Notes: generated by a model not told the origin, from the sequence alone. DNA of 64,000 nucleotides from Octopus sinensis (GCF_006345805.1 NC_042998.1:148738001-148802000); one strand, 5' to 3'; positions 24,004 to 38,965 are shown, counted from the first letter of the stretch. Translations and numbers: made by a program.

Positions 24004-25532
24004 GTAATATATTATGGCTGCATAATGAAATACACTGTCATTATCAGAAATTAACACACACACACACACGCACACACACACACGCATACACACACGCACA
24101 CACACACACACGCGCGCACACACGCACACACACACACACACATATGTATGAGTATGTATGTGCGTGCACGTGCGTATATGTATATATACAACTATATTTA
24201 TAATATATGCCTGTGGTTTGAATGCATATTGTAGTAGTAATGTTAGTAGTAGTAACATTTGACCTGTTAGACGCTGTCTTTGAATCATATTCGTATATTT
24301 ATGCGTAATTGTAAGATCTTCTCTACCCTGATGACGGAAGCTTGTCTTATCCAATATTAATTGCATCCATTATGGCTGCATATTCTGATGAACTGCATCT
24401 ACCAACATTATTATGGATCTCCAATCCCTCAGAAACAGCTTTCTTCCACCACTTTAAGTTTCTCTGTCGTAAAAATTCATCGTCTGAAGATCTCCACCTT
24501 TTGCTTTCTCTCGTTTTGCATGTACACAAATATATATATATTTTATATTTCATACCCAAAATATTATATTTGATATATCTATTATACTTAATATATTTAA
24601 TTATCTAATTTGCCTATCCGCATAATTGCCTCTATCATATCTTATGCATGCATATCCATCTATATTTACTTCTACACTTACATATATACACCACATAAAT
24701 ATACACGCATATATTTAAACATACATACATATACATACACACACACTCATGTACGCACGCACAGACACACATACGTGTGTGTGTGTTGGTGTGCGCATAT
24801 ATGCATGTAAGCAATATAGACAATGAAGGTCATGGCAAAATTATTGGTGGACGAAATTATGGTTTCTAATCTCACACGTGTTTCTTTTCCCCAATAATTA
24901 TCTGAAGCGACGCCATTTTCCTCAAGAAGACAAAACAGAACATCACTTAATATTAACATCACTTTAATACTGATTTTAAATTATTGGCACGACTCCAGTA
25001 ATTTCAGTTGTTGGCGGGTAAGTCAATTATATCGACCCCAGTGCTCAGATGATACTTATTTTATCGACCCCGACCAGATGAAAGGCAAAGTGGACTTGCC
25101 GAATTTGAACTCAGAATATAGTGACATTGAAATGCTACTAAGCATTTTGCCCGGCGTGCTAACGACTCTACCACCTCGCCGCCTTAAACATCACTCTAAT
25201 ATTGCAGTAAGAACCACAATAGCAAATATTTTTCAAAACTTATTTGCTAAATACCTCCATTTTCTCTATAAACACCGCCAAATATTCGGTACAAACATAA
25301 TCAAATTCATGAATTCTACCACAGCAAACGTTGTAAACATAAATTTCTTTAAAATTCTTCAAACTCATTGAAATATCAATACAACCAATAGTAACTACAA
25401 CTCCATAAGCAGTACCATATGTTCATTAAAGGGAAGCTTCTTAATTACATAACATACCAATGCACAATAAAAACTAATCTATCTCTCCTCACTCTAACTC
25501 ACTATATATATGTAAGCGTATATGCGTGTGTA

Positions 25533-25576
<44 letters not shown>

Positions 25577-27634
25577 TACATACGCATGTATGTATGTATG
25601 TATGTATGTATGTATGTATGTATGTATGTATGTATGTATGTATGTATGCATGTATGTATGTATGTATGTACAATTCAAACATCAAGTCAAACATCGCTAT
25701 AACCAACACACACATTTTTTCGTAACAAAGCTAGAAATAAAGACAGCTCATTATTCTCATTTATATGAGAAGTGTAAAACAAAAATTAACTATAAAATAT
25801 GTAATGGAATATAATTACGAATGCTAGATTATATAAGGGAAAAAAAAGCATAATTTATGCGCTACAAACACCTACGAAATCATATTTGATGAAAAGAACA
25901 CTCATATAAATAGACATTGGAAAATAATCTTTTCCTGCGGACATAACTTAAAGAAAACTTTGAGAAACTTTAAAACCTATAATGTACTATCCCGATAGTT
26001 AGAGGAATGCTTTTAATAGCGTACTCTCTTATCTTCACCACACATCAACCAACGCTTTGACTTTTTGAAAATCTCTGTTACCTAGAGTAAAACACAATGT
26101 TTGCCGTGACCATCCAACAGAATTTATGCATATAAACTGTGTTTTCTATATACATACATCTAACAAAGATTTTTTATATCTACATAGGTACATCTTGTTT
26201 GGTCAACTTATGTACGAAAGTGTATCTGTGCATGAATTATGTTTCCAAGAGACAGTGAGAGAGGTGGGGTGGGAGAGAGAAAAATGAGAGAGAACATGAG
26301 GGTGTTCATATGATAGAAATTGAGTGACAGATATTGAAATCCTTTAAAAAATAGATTACAATTTCTTTTTTATCTTTGCATAAATAAAGTCCTCCAAATG
26401 AGTTGTTCTGTTTTTGTTTTTGTAAAATTCACCTACTACAACCACATACTTTCCATATAATTTAAAATATGTTATAAATCTTTTATTTTCTTTCTTCCAA
26501 AGAAACGTTCTCCACATATATTTCAAACAATAAATTTTAAGTCTTATTTCAAAACAGACAAACTTCATTTATAACTGGCCAATAAAACTTTAACATTGCA
26601 AAACCTGAACCTAAGATGCGTCTCCACCTGAGAAACCTCACAAGGCTTTTACGATGTGTGTATTAGCCGAGTAGTGTTTGCCTTTAATAATACAGAACTC
26701 ATCTTATTTTACAACTAAGTACTTCGTTCTTACATTCAAGCTTGGATTTGTATTGTTACTTGAGTATTAGATATTTGTTACAACTCTCTCTTTCACTCTC
26801 TTTCTCTCTCCTTATATATATATATACGGATAATTGATAATGTTATTTTAAAGCCTGACAAACTTTCACGAGGAGAAAAAGAAATATATATTTGTAGCAT
26901 TGAATTATTTTTGAAATACTTAGTGTATGTGTGTAATATGTGTTTTTGTATGTATATATTTATTTGTATAGACATAAATGAATATGTATATTGCATTTAT
27001 AAATTTGTTTGCGAGATTCCTAATGTGAAGTCGTTTGTTGAAACAGATATTGTTATATTTCGAGGTGGTCATTTTTTTCTTGCCAAATAAACACACGCAC
27101 TATATATTCGTTCTTCACTCGTTTATTATTGGTTTTATTTTATCATACATCTATTGTATGGAAATTTTTCGTCACAAACCTGCGACCCCTTCAGTGACTC
27201 ATCCATCCCACGTGTCTACTCCTGTTCTGTTTAATCCAGAATGGACTAAAAAATGACCGTCCCGAAATATAACAACATATTAATATTATAATTATCTATC
27301 TTTTAGCATTTGCTTGTTGCACCCATGAGACTACGACCATGCAGGGAATTTTAGAAGAATTTTAGTTGAATGAATCGACCCCAGTACTTATTTATTTCAA
27401 ACATAGTACTTATTCTATCAGTGTGTTTTACTGACCCGCTAAGTTATGGGAGTCGTAAACACTAACAATTATTATGAAGCGGTGTTGGGGAACAAATATA
27501 GACAAATACACACATACACACACATACACACACATGCGCACACACACACACACACACGCACACACACATGCGCGCGCGCACAACACACACACACACACAC
27601 GCACACACACACACACTCACACAACCATATCAGC

Positions 27635-28184
27635 GTATCAACCTGACCGTAAGATGCTATTGTACACTGCCAGTTTTGTCTTGATTGGGTCATTGTTTTC
27701 CATCTTGATCTAAAACGCTTAGCTAAACCGTTTTCCACCACCGTGGAGGCCTTTCCGTTCTTTTGGATACCACTTGGCAACTGTGCGGGGCCACTTGTCT
27801 GTGAGCCTTGTGACATATTCGGCTCAGTGGTACTTATACTCTCGGGATTTTGCGATCACATCGCTCACCTCGCTCAATTCACTCCGTTCTCCTCGCTGAA
27901 ATCACAGACGAGCTGCAAATCAGGCTGACGAAGCTGGAGCCTTATAAATTAACAGTAGGCCTTGAAATGAAACACTTGAATACAAAATATAGGCAGTCGG
28001 AAGACGTTGCACAAGGCCGAAAAGAGCCGGGAGGCGACGAAATCGAGGAGGGAAAGGAGTGCGTCTACTTAGGGCACAGTGAGCATGCGCCGAGATATGG
28101 ATGCTGGCACAAAGGGCCATGGATAGATTCATTCTAGGAATATCATTAGGAGAGAATATTCGAAATGAAATAATTCGAGAACTC
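27635..28184 (-). mobile_element. RTE-clade LINE 3' fragment with inverted 5' part
   Basis: Minus 27875..27635: SEVSDVIAKSRE..*AEYVTRLTDKW..WYPKERK. Plus 27876-28184: VLLAEITDELQ..CVYLG..QRAMDRFILGISL..IRNEIIREL. Confidence 0.75.
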
Positions 28185-28209
28185 TGTGTGTGTGTGTGTT
28201 TTGTGTGTG

Positions 28210-28260
<51 letters not shown>

Positions 28261-28922
28261 CGTGCGTGTGTGTGCGTGTGTGTGTGTGCGTGTGTATGTA
28301 CGCAACATGTATCTTTTAGTTTCTGTCGACCAAATCCACTCACAATGCTTCGGTTGACCCGAGACTTGAGTGGACTATAATACAAGAGATTCTTCCTCCT
28401 CCTCCTCCTCTCCTCCACCACCACCTCCTCTTCCTCATCCCCTTCTTCTTGACATATAGCGACTGTGATGGATGTGACATCATAACTGTGATCGTACGAA
28501 GTCGATCAAAGGATGAAATGTCACAAACTACGTGAACTTGATATCGTTGGAAAACTAATAGAATGACTAGGTGGATTTTTTAAAAGATAGGAGTCAGACG
28601 GTTTCAGTCAATGCTGCTCTGTCTTAGAAGACGTCAATTCTCAGTGAAGTCTCACGGGAAATATACCGGGACCACTACTATTTGTGTCAGCCCCGTCAGA
28701 CACGCGCTCAGGCATAAAGCCAGCCACACTCATCAGTTGTACTGATGGTACAAAAATATTAAAAGCAATCAAAGACTCAAAACTATGGAAAGACTGGAAT
28801 TTACATTTTGGCTGCTCAAATCAACATAGGGTTCAAAGTCGACTAAGTTTCAAGCACGCCGCTATCAATCCATAAACAGACCGCAATCAGATGGTACAGG
28901 AAATATTGCAATCCCGTGTGTG

Positions 28923-29110
28923 CGTGACTTGGGAATCTATATTAGTACCGATGCAACGTTCCGTGTGCATATTACAAAGATTGCTGCAGTGAGCAGGCGT
29001 TTGACTGGTTAGATTCTGAAATCATTCAGGACACGGAGAAAGGAAACCGTGTTAACCCTCTGGAGAACATTTGTGCTCAGTAACCTGGATTACTACACCT
29101 CATTATGGTC
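28923..29110 (+). mobile_element. CR1/L2-group LINE RT fragment
   Basis: RDLGIYISTDATFRVHITKI..ILKSFRTR..LWRTFVLSNLDY..LW. Confidence 0.7.
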
Positions 29111-29583
29111 TTCAATCTAATATATCTTCTGCATGGCACGTCCTGTAAGAATAAGACTTGAGTAGTAGCAATGATTACATCATTAAAGCCAGAACTTAAT
29201 ACTACATAAGACGAAATTTTGATCTTTGTTGTATGTATTGCAAAACACCATTCTTCGTAGTGACTATTTGCAGGTCACTGAGTGGAATGTGTTGTGCTGC
29301 TAGAACTTTCAAACAGACAATTAAACTACGGGACATTGTGGTGCATTAGAGTTTGCAACACTCGCAACATATATCCATGCATAAACACACGCAGATACAG
29401 ACTGAAAGAAGCACAAACACACACATATATATTTATATGTATGAAAAAGGCCATATGTATATTTGTGTATGTGTGTTTGTGTTTATATATGCATACATTT
29501 CTATCAATATCTATAAATATAAGGACACCTATAAGTATTACATATAAATACATATATATATATATACTTTTATTTTCACATTA

Positions 29584-29611
29584 CTGATGAAGGACTCAGG
29601 TCCGAAATGTC
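29584..29611 (+). ncRNA. Hammerhead core remnant lacking stem I
   Basis: CUGAUGA A GGAC UCAG GUCC GAAA UGUC. AUGU is ACGU after CpG decay. Confidence 0.5.
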
Positions 29612-29802
29612 AAGAAACATTCTCTTCCTTTTAAACTTTAAACCAAAACAACAGTGGTCTAAATTTATTCCGATCGATTGGTCTTCGTCTTTTTGTTCAT
29701 TGCCTAATATAGTTTTATTGATATATACATATACACATATAAATACATGCATACATATATACACAATTTTATTAATGTGGGCATATTTATGCATATATGC
29801 AC

Positions 29803-29880
<78 letters not shown>

Positions 29881-30660
29881 GCACATATATACATATATAT
29901 ATATGCATAATCGCACATACACACATGTATACATTTATATACATATACACATATACATATACGTACATACCTACTGACATGAATACAAATACGCACTCAC
30001 ACGTACATTACGTACACAGGGACACGCTTACATTCATACATTCACGCATGTATACATACATACGTACATATATATACATACGTACATATACTTACACGCA
30101 TAAGTACGTACATAAAAATACAAACACCCAAACACAAGGCGTTATAAAGATGAAAATAAGCTAAGAAATGGTGAAACAATAGCGACATAAAACACACAAT
30201 GAAATATAAAAATCAACGACAAAAAATAGTTTGGAAGAAAGGAATAAAAACGAAAATGGTTCTATGGAGAATAAAAAGCGAAACAATAATTCAATAAAAA
30301 AACAATAAAAACATGGTGAAAAATTATTATTCAGGCTAACGTATAGGAAACAAATAATCTCGTATGCTAGTGTGCATATGTATGTGTGTATGTATGCCTG
30401 TATGTATGTATGTATGTATGTATGTATGTATGTATGTATGTATGTATGTATGTATGTATGTATGTATGTATGTATGTACGTACGTATGTATGTCTGTTAC
30501 GTTATATATGAATACACGCATACATTAAAACACACAAACACACACACTCACATACAATGTGTACAATTATAGACATATATGGGAATGAATTCATACACCT
30601 TGTGTATGTACATACATACATTCATCCGTACATACTTACATACAGACATACATACACACA

Positions 30661-30728
<68 letters not shown>

Positions 30729-30852
30729 CATACATACATACATGTATGCATATATATATGTATTATGTATGTATGTATATATATATGTTATAAGCATGTA
30801 AACATAATATATATACATATATATGTATGTATATATACATATGTATATATAC

Positions 30853-30914
<62 letters not shown>

Positions 30915-31047
30915 TAAGCATATGTATACATGTACATATATGTGCAAGTATACATATTTATATACATGCATACGAAAATATATGTATATATATGTTAGTG
31001 TGTGTGTGTTGTGTGTGCGTGTGTTTATGAGTGCGTGTGTGTGTATA

Positions 31048-31085
<38 letters not shown>

Positions 31086-31524
31086 AACGGATGTATTTAT
31101 ATAAATAAATTGCGCATGTCTCTCTCTCTCTCTCTCACTGCGTTATGCGTATGTTCTATATGACAAATGAACGGTAAAAAAATATAACTGAATATATGAA
31201 CTGCTAAAAAATATACAAATAGCTAAAGAAAAAATAGATTACCAAAAAACCCAAAATACAAAAGATTCTTTCCGAAACACAATATACAGAATATACAAAT
31301 GTACTTATCAGTCGTTATATGTACTTATATATATATATATGTATGTATGTATATATATATATATATATATATGTAATATATATATATAATATATTATATA
31401 TAGATATATATATATATATATATGTTGTATGTATATATTATATAACACACACACACACATATATATGTATATATATATTATACTTATGTATATGTATATT
31501 ATATATATATTATACATATGTACA

Positions 31525-31583
<59 letters not shown>

Positions 31584-31751
31584 ATAACATAAACATCTAT
31601 ATATATATATATATGTATGCATGTATGTATTTGTGCGCGTACGTGATGTTTATGTATAGGTGTTTATATAATGTTCATATACGTATATGTATATGCGTAC
31701 ATATATGCATGTATACACACACACATAATATATACATATATATATACATAT

Positions 31752-31785
<34 letters not shown>

Positions 31786-32375
31786 ATATATATATATATA
31801 TATACACATATACATACACGTCTGTATGTGTGTATGAAGTATAAAGGCTAAAAGAAAGACATCGCAAAATGTTACCAATATACCAACTGCGACGCAAACC
31901 AACGAGACAGATTGTCGCAAAGAATTCCATAGCTTTTAAGATATAAGACGACAAACCACCAGAGAGAATTTCAATGTAATTAATGCAAAGTTTGGAAAAA
32001 AAATAGCAAAAATATTTCCAAGATCTGGAAAATCCGGTTGGATAGGAAAATGTAAAATAAATATAAATTCGTGTGAAAATAGAAATATAGAAATGGGGTG
32101 GAGGGGAAGTGGTGGAGAACGAAGAGTTTCGTACAATACACATACACTCACACACGCACACGTACATGTACACATACCCGCAAAAATACACGCATACGTA
32201 CATACATACACACACACACATATATATCACTGAAGTAATCATAGGAAATAATTATTACATGTATGTGTGTATATATATACATATATATACATGCATATAT
32301 ACGTGTATATATGTAGGTATATACATACCTACACACACACACACACATATATAATATAAATATATATATATATAC

Positions 32376-32437
<62 letters not shown>

Positions 32438-33080
32438 ATATATATTCTTCACCAAACTATTTTGGCGCCCTCCGATTCTTCCCCCCTCTTCCTCCCATCC
32501 TCCTTAATCCCTTCTTTCTCCTTTTCTCTTGGTCACTGATTCTGTCCCCTGCCTTCCACCCTCTTTGATTCCCTCTCTCTCTGTCTCTCTTTCTCTCTCT
32601 CTCCTGCGACCTGCTGATTCTTAACCATTCTGTTGGCCATCGTATCTTGACCAACATGTGTCCCCGCTACCGAAACGGTAATTATTTCTACGCCAGCTGC
32701 TATGTTGTTGTTGTTTTGTCTCATTTGGTCTAAAGTCGTATGACAACCACCGTTATATATATTTTGTTTATTCATTACTGTTTTCAATTTCGTTTTCGTC
32801 TCTTGTATTTACATCCGTCTTGTGCGTTCACATTCCTGTCTTCTACCAAGAAATCTAATGCTTACAGCTTAGTTTTTTTCTTGGGGCTGGCCGAGTTAGA
32901 GCAAATATCAGAATTGAACAGCCGAATTTGCTATGATGATTCGGTGTCTGACTGAAGATTGAAGGCTTCGAATGATTTGTTTGTGTTCCGTGTTCGTCCC
33001 TTCCTGTATTTCACGTTTCATTATATATAAAAACATTCATTCTATATATATATATAACATATACATATGCACACACAAAC

Positions 33081-33113
<33 letters not shown>

Positions 33114-33426
33114 AAATAATAGGTATGCATGCATATATTTATGTATGTGTATATATATATATATATATATTATATTATATATATATATATATATATATAT
33201 GCACGTACGTATGTGTGTATATGAGTTTGTATATATGTATATATAAGAAATTGTAAGGAAACAATAGAAGGAGTTTATTCCAAATGGCAAAAAAATATGC
33301 TTAAAAAAAATTACAGTCCTAATTCTGGGATAGAAATGCTCCCGCACCCACCACACAGACTCACACATAATTATATGTGATTCAGCTTGTACATACATAT
33401 ATATACTATATATATATATATATGTT

Positions 33427-33509
<83 letters not shown>

Positions 33510-33540
33510 TATATACATATATAATATATTATTATTATAT

Positions 33541-33599
<59 letters not shown>

Positions 33600-33633
33600 T
33601 TATATATATAGTATATATATGTATGTATTTATG

Positions 33634-33691
<58 letters not shown>

Positions 33692-34054
33692 TATATGTGA
33701 GAGTGCACATGTGTAGTTATTATATATTTATACGTATAAACTTTTACAAAGAAAAGTTTGACAGCAATTTCGGAATTTCAGTTTTGCTTGCCACTTAATT
33801 TGGCTTTTCAAGACATTTTTCTCTGGGAGAGGCATCTACCTGATGATGAAACAATATATATTCAAATTAGGTATGGTGTATATTAGCTTGTTAAAAAAGG
33901 AGAAGTAGGTGCATATGAAGTCAAGTGCAGAAGTGAGAAAGAAAATATACGTTACAGGGCAGAGAGAAGAGACCAAGGCAAAGGCAATATTCCTAGTTTG
34001 AGAAGAGAAGTTGTCTTCCTTTGATATTAACTGACGCTTTCATTGCATTCAATG

Positions 34055-34257
34055 AAGGTGTTGCCGTGTAGTAAGAAATTTACTTCCCAACCATATGGTT
34101 TCGGGTTCAGTGACACTGCCTGGCACCTTGAGCAAAGAAGTATCTCCTGCTATAGCCTCAGTGTGACCAAAGCCTTCTCAATCGATCTGATAAGCGCAAA
34201 CTGAGAGAAGCTCGTCGTGTATGTGTATATCAGTGCCTGTGTGTGCGTGTGCGTGTA

Positions 34258-34288
<31 letters not shown>

Positions 34289-34490
34289 GCGTGGCTGTGC
34301 TTGTCCCCAACACCGCTTGACAACCGGTGTTGGTGTGTTTACTTTCCTGTAACTTAGCAGTTCGGCAAAAGAGACCGATAGAATTAGTACAAGGCTTCAA
34401 AAATAAGTCGATTTGTTCACCAAAGACTCTTCAAGGCGGTACTCCAACATGACTGCAGTCAAATGATTGAAACAAGTAGATCGATGTTTA
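34055..34490 (+). mobile_element. SINE, family 2, near full-length
   Basis: Head, (TG)n and tail as at 720-1200. Confidence 0.75.
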
Positions 34491-34494
34491 AGGA

Positions 34495-37400
34495 GTAACC
34501 TTCGAGTGTTTCGAAGATGTCAACAAATTTTTGAGAAAGAATGTCAGGATTGGACGGACGAAATAAAACCGCGTCTAGTTATAAGAAAACTAGCGACAGC
34601 AGAGCATGAGAAGTATCGTAACTTCATATTGCCAAAAGAAAAAGCGTCCGACATAAATTTCATCGACACAGTTGACATTCTGTGCAAAATGCTTAGTGAA
34701 AAGAGCTCACTGTTTAATACTAGACGGAAATGTTTAAACATAGAAAAGAGCGAAGATGTCACTACTTACACAGGCAGAGTCAACAAAGAATGTGAACTAT
34801 TTAGGCTTACTCCGGATTCTTTCAAGTGTTTGATTTTTGCACAAGGATTGAGTGATAAAAGGGATGCAGAAATCCAAACGAAAATTCTAGCAAAACTGGA
34901 AATGAACGAGGATTTGACAGTGCAGAAACTGTCGGAAGAGTGTGACATGATATTAAAATTAAAGTATGACACGGAAGAATTTCAATGGAAAGAGTGTTTT
35001 CACATAAGACTAGTGCAAAAATGTCGGAAGACTAATAAAGTGTTGCAAGAAAAACAGAAAAAAATATGTAGATGTAGACCCATGTATGGCATGTGGTGGG
35101 ATGCACCTCAAAAAAGATCGTCCGTATAAAAAAGCAAAGTAGTTTCGATGCGGGTATATAGGACATATCGCACTGCAAAACTAGAATGATAGGAAAATAG
35201 AACAAACAAGAAAAAATAAATAGCTTGTCAGCAGGAAAAGTTGTGACTACAACAAACAGAAAATTCGTGAATGTGAGAATCGAAACCACTAGTGTCAGAA
35301 TGCAATTAGACCCGGGAAGTGATATCACAATCATAAATGAGAAAACATGGAGACAAATAGGTAAACCAAAATTATGTAGTGCAAATAAAATAGAGTATGG
35401 TGTTACGGGGAAGAAAATTATATTTCACGGGCGAACGCGTTTGTAATATAATGTTCAAAGGTCGAACTAAAGAAGTGACTTGGTTATGTATTGAAAAAAA
35501 TCTATGAATTTATTTGACATCGAATGTATGGAGAAATTTAATTTATGGGATACACACATAAGCCTTTTGTGCAATAACGCAAACGGAGCAGTCAAATGAT
35601 CGAATGAGGTCGATTAACAGACAAAATAAATAAATGAATAAATAAATAAATAAAATGTAAGAAACTTTCCCAAAAGTTTTTTCGGAAGGTTGAGGCTGCT
35701 GCACAAAATGAAAAGCAAGGAATGCTATCAAAGAAAATTCAACGCCTATTTTCAGGCCTAAATGGAGCTAGAAAAGTCGGAAGGCTTGAATATAATTGAA
35801 AAGATTGACAATGCAGACTGGGCAACACCGGCGGTCTACGTAAAACAAATTAATAATAAGCTAAGAGTGTGTGCAGACTTCTCAGCCGGATTAAACAACT
35901 GCTTACTCACAGAATAAGTATTTGCTATACTAAACGGAGGGAAAATTTTCTGGAAGTTAGACCTCTCAGAGCCGTACCATCGCTTACCTCGATGACATTT
36001 TGATAAAGAGCCAGAATAAATGAATACGGACTAAAATTGACAGAAGAAAAATGCGAATTTTTGATGAGAAAAATAAAATACCTAGGTCAAGTAATCGACG
36101 AAAGTGGACGCAGACTACTCATCAAGGGCGACGGCAATACGAAATATGCCGTCCCCGACGAATGTGTCAGAGCTACAAGCATTCCTAGGCTTGGTAAATT
36201 ATTACCAAGTATATATCCCAAATATACATGAGGTAAAGGCACCACTTAATGAATTACTAAAATAAAAAAGAAATGCCATATGGGTTTTGACAGAGAAATG
36301 CCAGAAAGCATTTAACGAGTTAAAAGAAGCGTTAGCTTCAGACTTATATCTTATGCGTTTCGACTCAAAGCTAGCGATAATACTAGCTGAAGACGCTAGC
36401 GAGTATGGGATAGGAGCCGTGCTCCTTCACAAGGATAATGATGACAGGAGAAAGGTCATAGCTCACTCATCAAGGACATTATTGCCGGTGGAAAAGAGCT
36501 ATAGCCAGATTGAAAAAGAGGTGTTGGTTATAATATGTGGCGTGAAAAGTTCCACAGGTCATCCATGGCAGACGTTTTTGGTTGCAGACAGGCCATAGAC
36601 CACTAAAAATGATATACGGATCCAAGAAAGGAATCCCAATATATACGGCAAACAGACTGCAGCGGGGGGTACCATTCTTATTTCTTTATTGCCCACAAGG
36701 GGACAAACACAGAGGGGACAAACAAGGACAGACAAACGGATTAAGTTGATTATATCGACCCCAGTGCGTAATTGGTACTTATTTATCGACCCCGAAAGGA
36801 TGAAAGGCAAAGTCGACCTCGGCGGAATTTTAACTCAGAAGGTAGCGGCAGACGAAATACCGCTAAGCATTTCGCCCTGTTTGCTAACAATTGTGCCAGC
36901 TTTCTGCCTTGTTAATAGAATGGTGGGGTACCATTCTATTAAACTACGATAATAAAATGGAATATCTGCCTTCAAAAATTTGGGGCATGCCGATAGTCTG
37001 TCTAGGTTAATTCCGAGAAATAACGAACCAGTGAAGAAAACGTAATAGCAGCGCTAAGATCCGCTCTTAGCGCTGCTATTACGTTTTGTGGAAACAAAAA
37101 AGGGATGTAGAACATCGTACATGGACTATCAGTAACTTTGGAAGAAATAAAAAGAAATGCGAGTAATGACAAATTTTTTAATGAGACAAAAAAAACTGTG
37201 GTCCACAAAAGGAAATAAAGAAAGGTCTAATGCAAATATCTGCCAAGATATGAGCGTGTACTCTTTATGTGATGGTGTGCTAATGTACGCTGAGAGGGTG
37301 GTCATACCACAAACAATACAGAAGAGAATGCTAAAAGAGTTTCATGTAGGATACCCAGGCATTTCTAGAATGAAAGCGCTGATGCGAAGTTTCGTATACT

Positions 37401-38305
37401 GGCCAAGCATGGACAGGGAAGTTGAAAGCCTGGTAAAAGGCTGCAGAGGATGTACACTGGCAGCGAAACTACGTACTACAACATGGGAACCTTGGCCGGA
37501 AGTGAAAATACTATGGTCCCAATTGCATATTGATTTTGCAGGCCCGGTAAATGGTAGGGTGGACAGCTACAGAAAATGGCCTGAGGTTTCGAGGTGTAAA
37601 CGACCAATCTCATATACGGTTATAAACTTCTTACACGAGCTGTTCGCAAGATTTGGTGTACTGGATATAATTGTCCCTGAAAACGGAACTCAGTTTGTAT
37701 CCTGTGAGTTTAAAAGATTCTACGAGATGATCACGTTAGAATATAAAACTATAGCACCTTATATCCTAGATCGAATGGAAAGGCTGAACGGTTCGTGGAC
37801 ACTTTTAAGAAAGCCTTAAATAAAGCTAATAAGGAAGCCACGGACGAGATCGCGATCCAACAATTCTTAGAGGTATACTGGGTAACTCCGAACCCAAATG
37901 CGCCAGAAGGAAGTTCACCAGCAGAATTAATGTTTGCCAGAAAGGTGAAGTCAATATATGATTAACTGATACCAGTGAAGAAAAATATACGTGCTAGTAC
38001 AGACATGCCAACATTCTTTAGAATCGGTGATAAGGTATATGTAAGAATGTACAAAAATGGTCAGCAATACTAGGAAAAAGGAAAAATTGTAACATACACA
38101 GGAAGAATGATGTATGGCGTAAGAAGCAGAAATGGAATGGAAAGGAGATATAGAAATCAGCTTAAGGAAAGAGTCATAGAAAAGGAATCAACAAGAGTAG
38201 AAAGATTGGCTATATAACACTTTTCAGGTTCCAACACCGCTACAAGAAGTCGAAACCACATATACAAGGAAAAGGAAGAACACTGAATTTCTAGAAGTAG
38301 ACCTT
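34495..38305 (+). mobile_element. Ty3/Gypsy gag-pol, decayed, no LTRs recognised
   Basis: gag FEKEC..KCLIFAQGL; protease QLDPGSDITII; RT WATP..RVCADFS, IKYLG; RNase H DASEYGIGAVL..YSQIEKE; integrase H..YW..C..C, HIDFAGP, ENGTQF. Many stops and frameshifts; RT internally deleted. Confidence 0.92.
36679..36921 (-). mobile_element. Family 1 SINE inserted in Gypsy pol, with target-site duplication
   Basis: ggggtaccattct at 36666-36678 and 36925-36937. Removing the insert restores RLQRWGTILLNYD. Confidence 0.88.
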
Positions 38306-38328
38306 AAGAAGAATACATATATATGTAT

Positions 38329-38409
<81 letters not shown>

Positions 38410-38453
38410 AAACAAGTCAGGATTGAAAATGCTAAAATAATTTTATAAGAATA

Positions 38454-38495
38454 TTTCAGTACCGGTTTCAGTCATTGAGACCTTTTCAACTGTAA
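38454..38495 (-). ncRNA. Variant minimal hammerhead (U3-A8 core)
   Basis: UUACAG UUGAAAA GGUC UCAAU GACU GAAA CCGG UA / CUGAAA. Palindrome ACCGGU. Confidence 0.7.
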
Positions 38496-38965
38496 CAATT
38501 AAATAATTAAATTTAGAAAAATTAAAAGAAAAGTTTTTTTTAAAGAATATTTGTATAGTGTTCAAATATAAGTGGCATTTTCCTTGTTTCTACCTTTCTC
38601 TGTCTCTCGTTTACTCTTGTGGGTTCGAGATCGTTGTGAATTCTTGGTAGGGAAGAAGGAGGAGGAGGAGGGAAGGGGAGGAAGAAGTCGAAGAATTTGG
38701 GAGTGCCTTGATTATAGTATTTTGAATGGTCAGAGAAGGCTAGCAGTTGCTGTTCACTTCATGAAAATATTTCTATTGAAAGTTTTGTTTATAGAATTTG
38801 CGTAGGTGTTATACTAAAAAGCATTAGTGATAAAGCTAGGAAGGAGAAGGGGGAGAAGAAGAAGAAGAAGAAGAAGAAGAAGAAGAAGAAGAAGAAGAAA
38901 GAAGAAGAAGAAGAAGAAGAAGAAGAAGAAGAAGAAGAAGAAGAAGAAGAAGAAGAAGAAGAAGA

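Noticed and set aside
34467-35129. 220-aa ORF as a host gene
   Set aside because: It is Gypsy gag, fused upstream to a SINE tail.
34400-38400. LTRs or PBS for the Gypsy element
   Set aside because: No terminal direct repeats were found; the flanks are a SINE and (TA)n.
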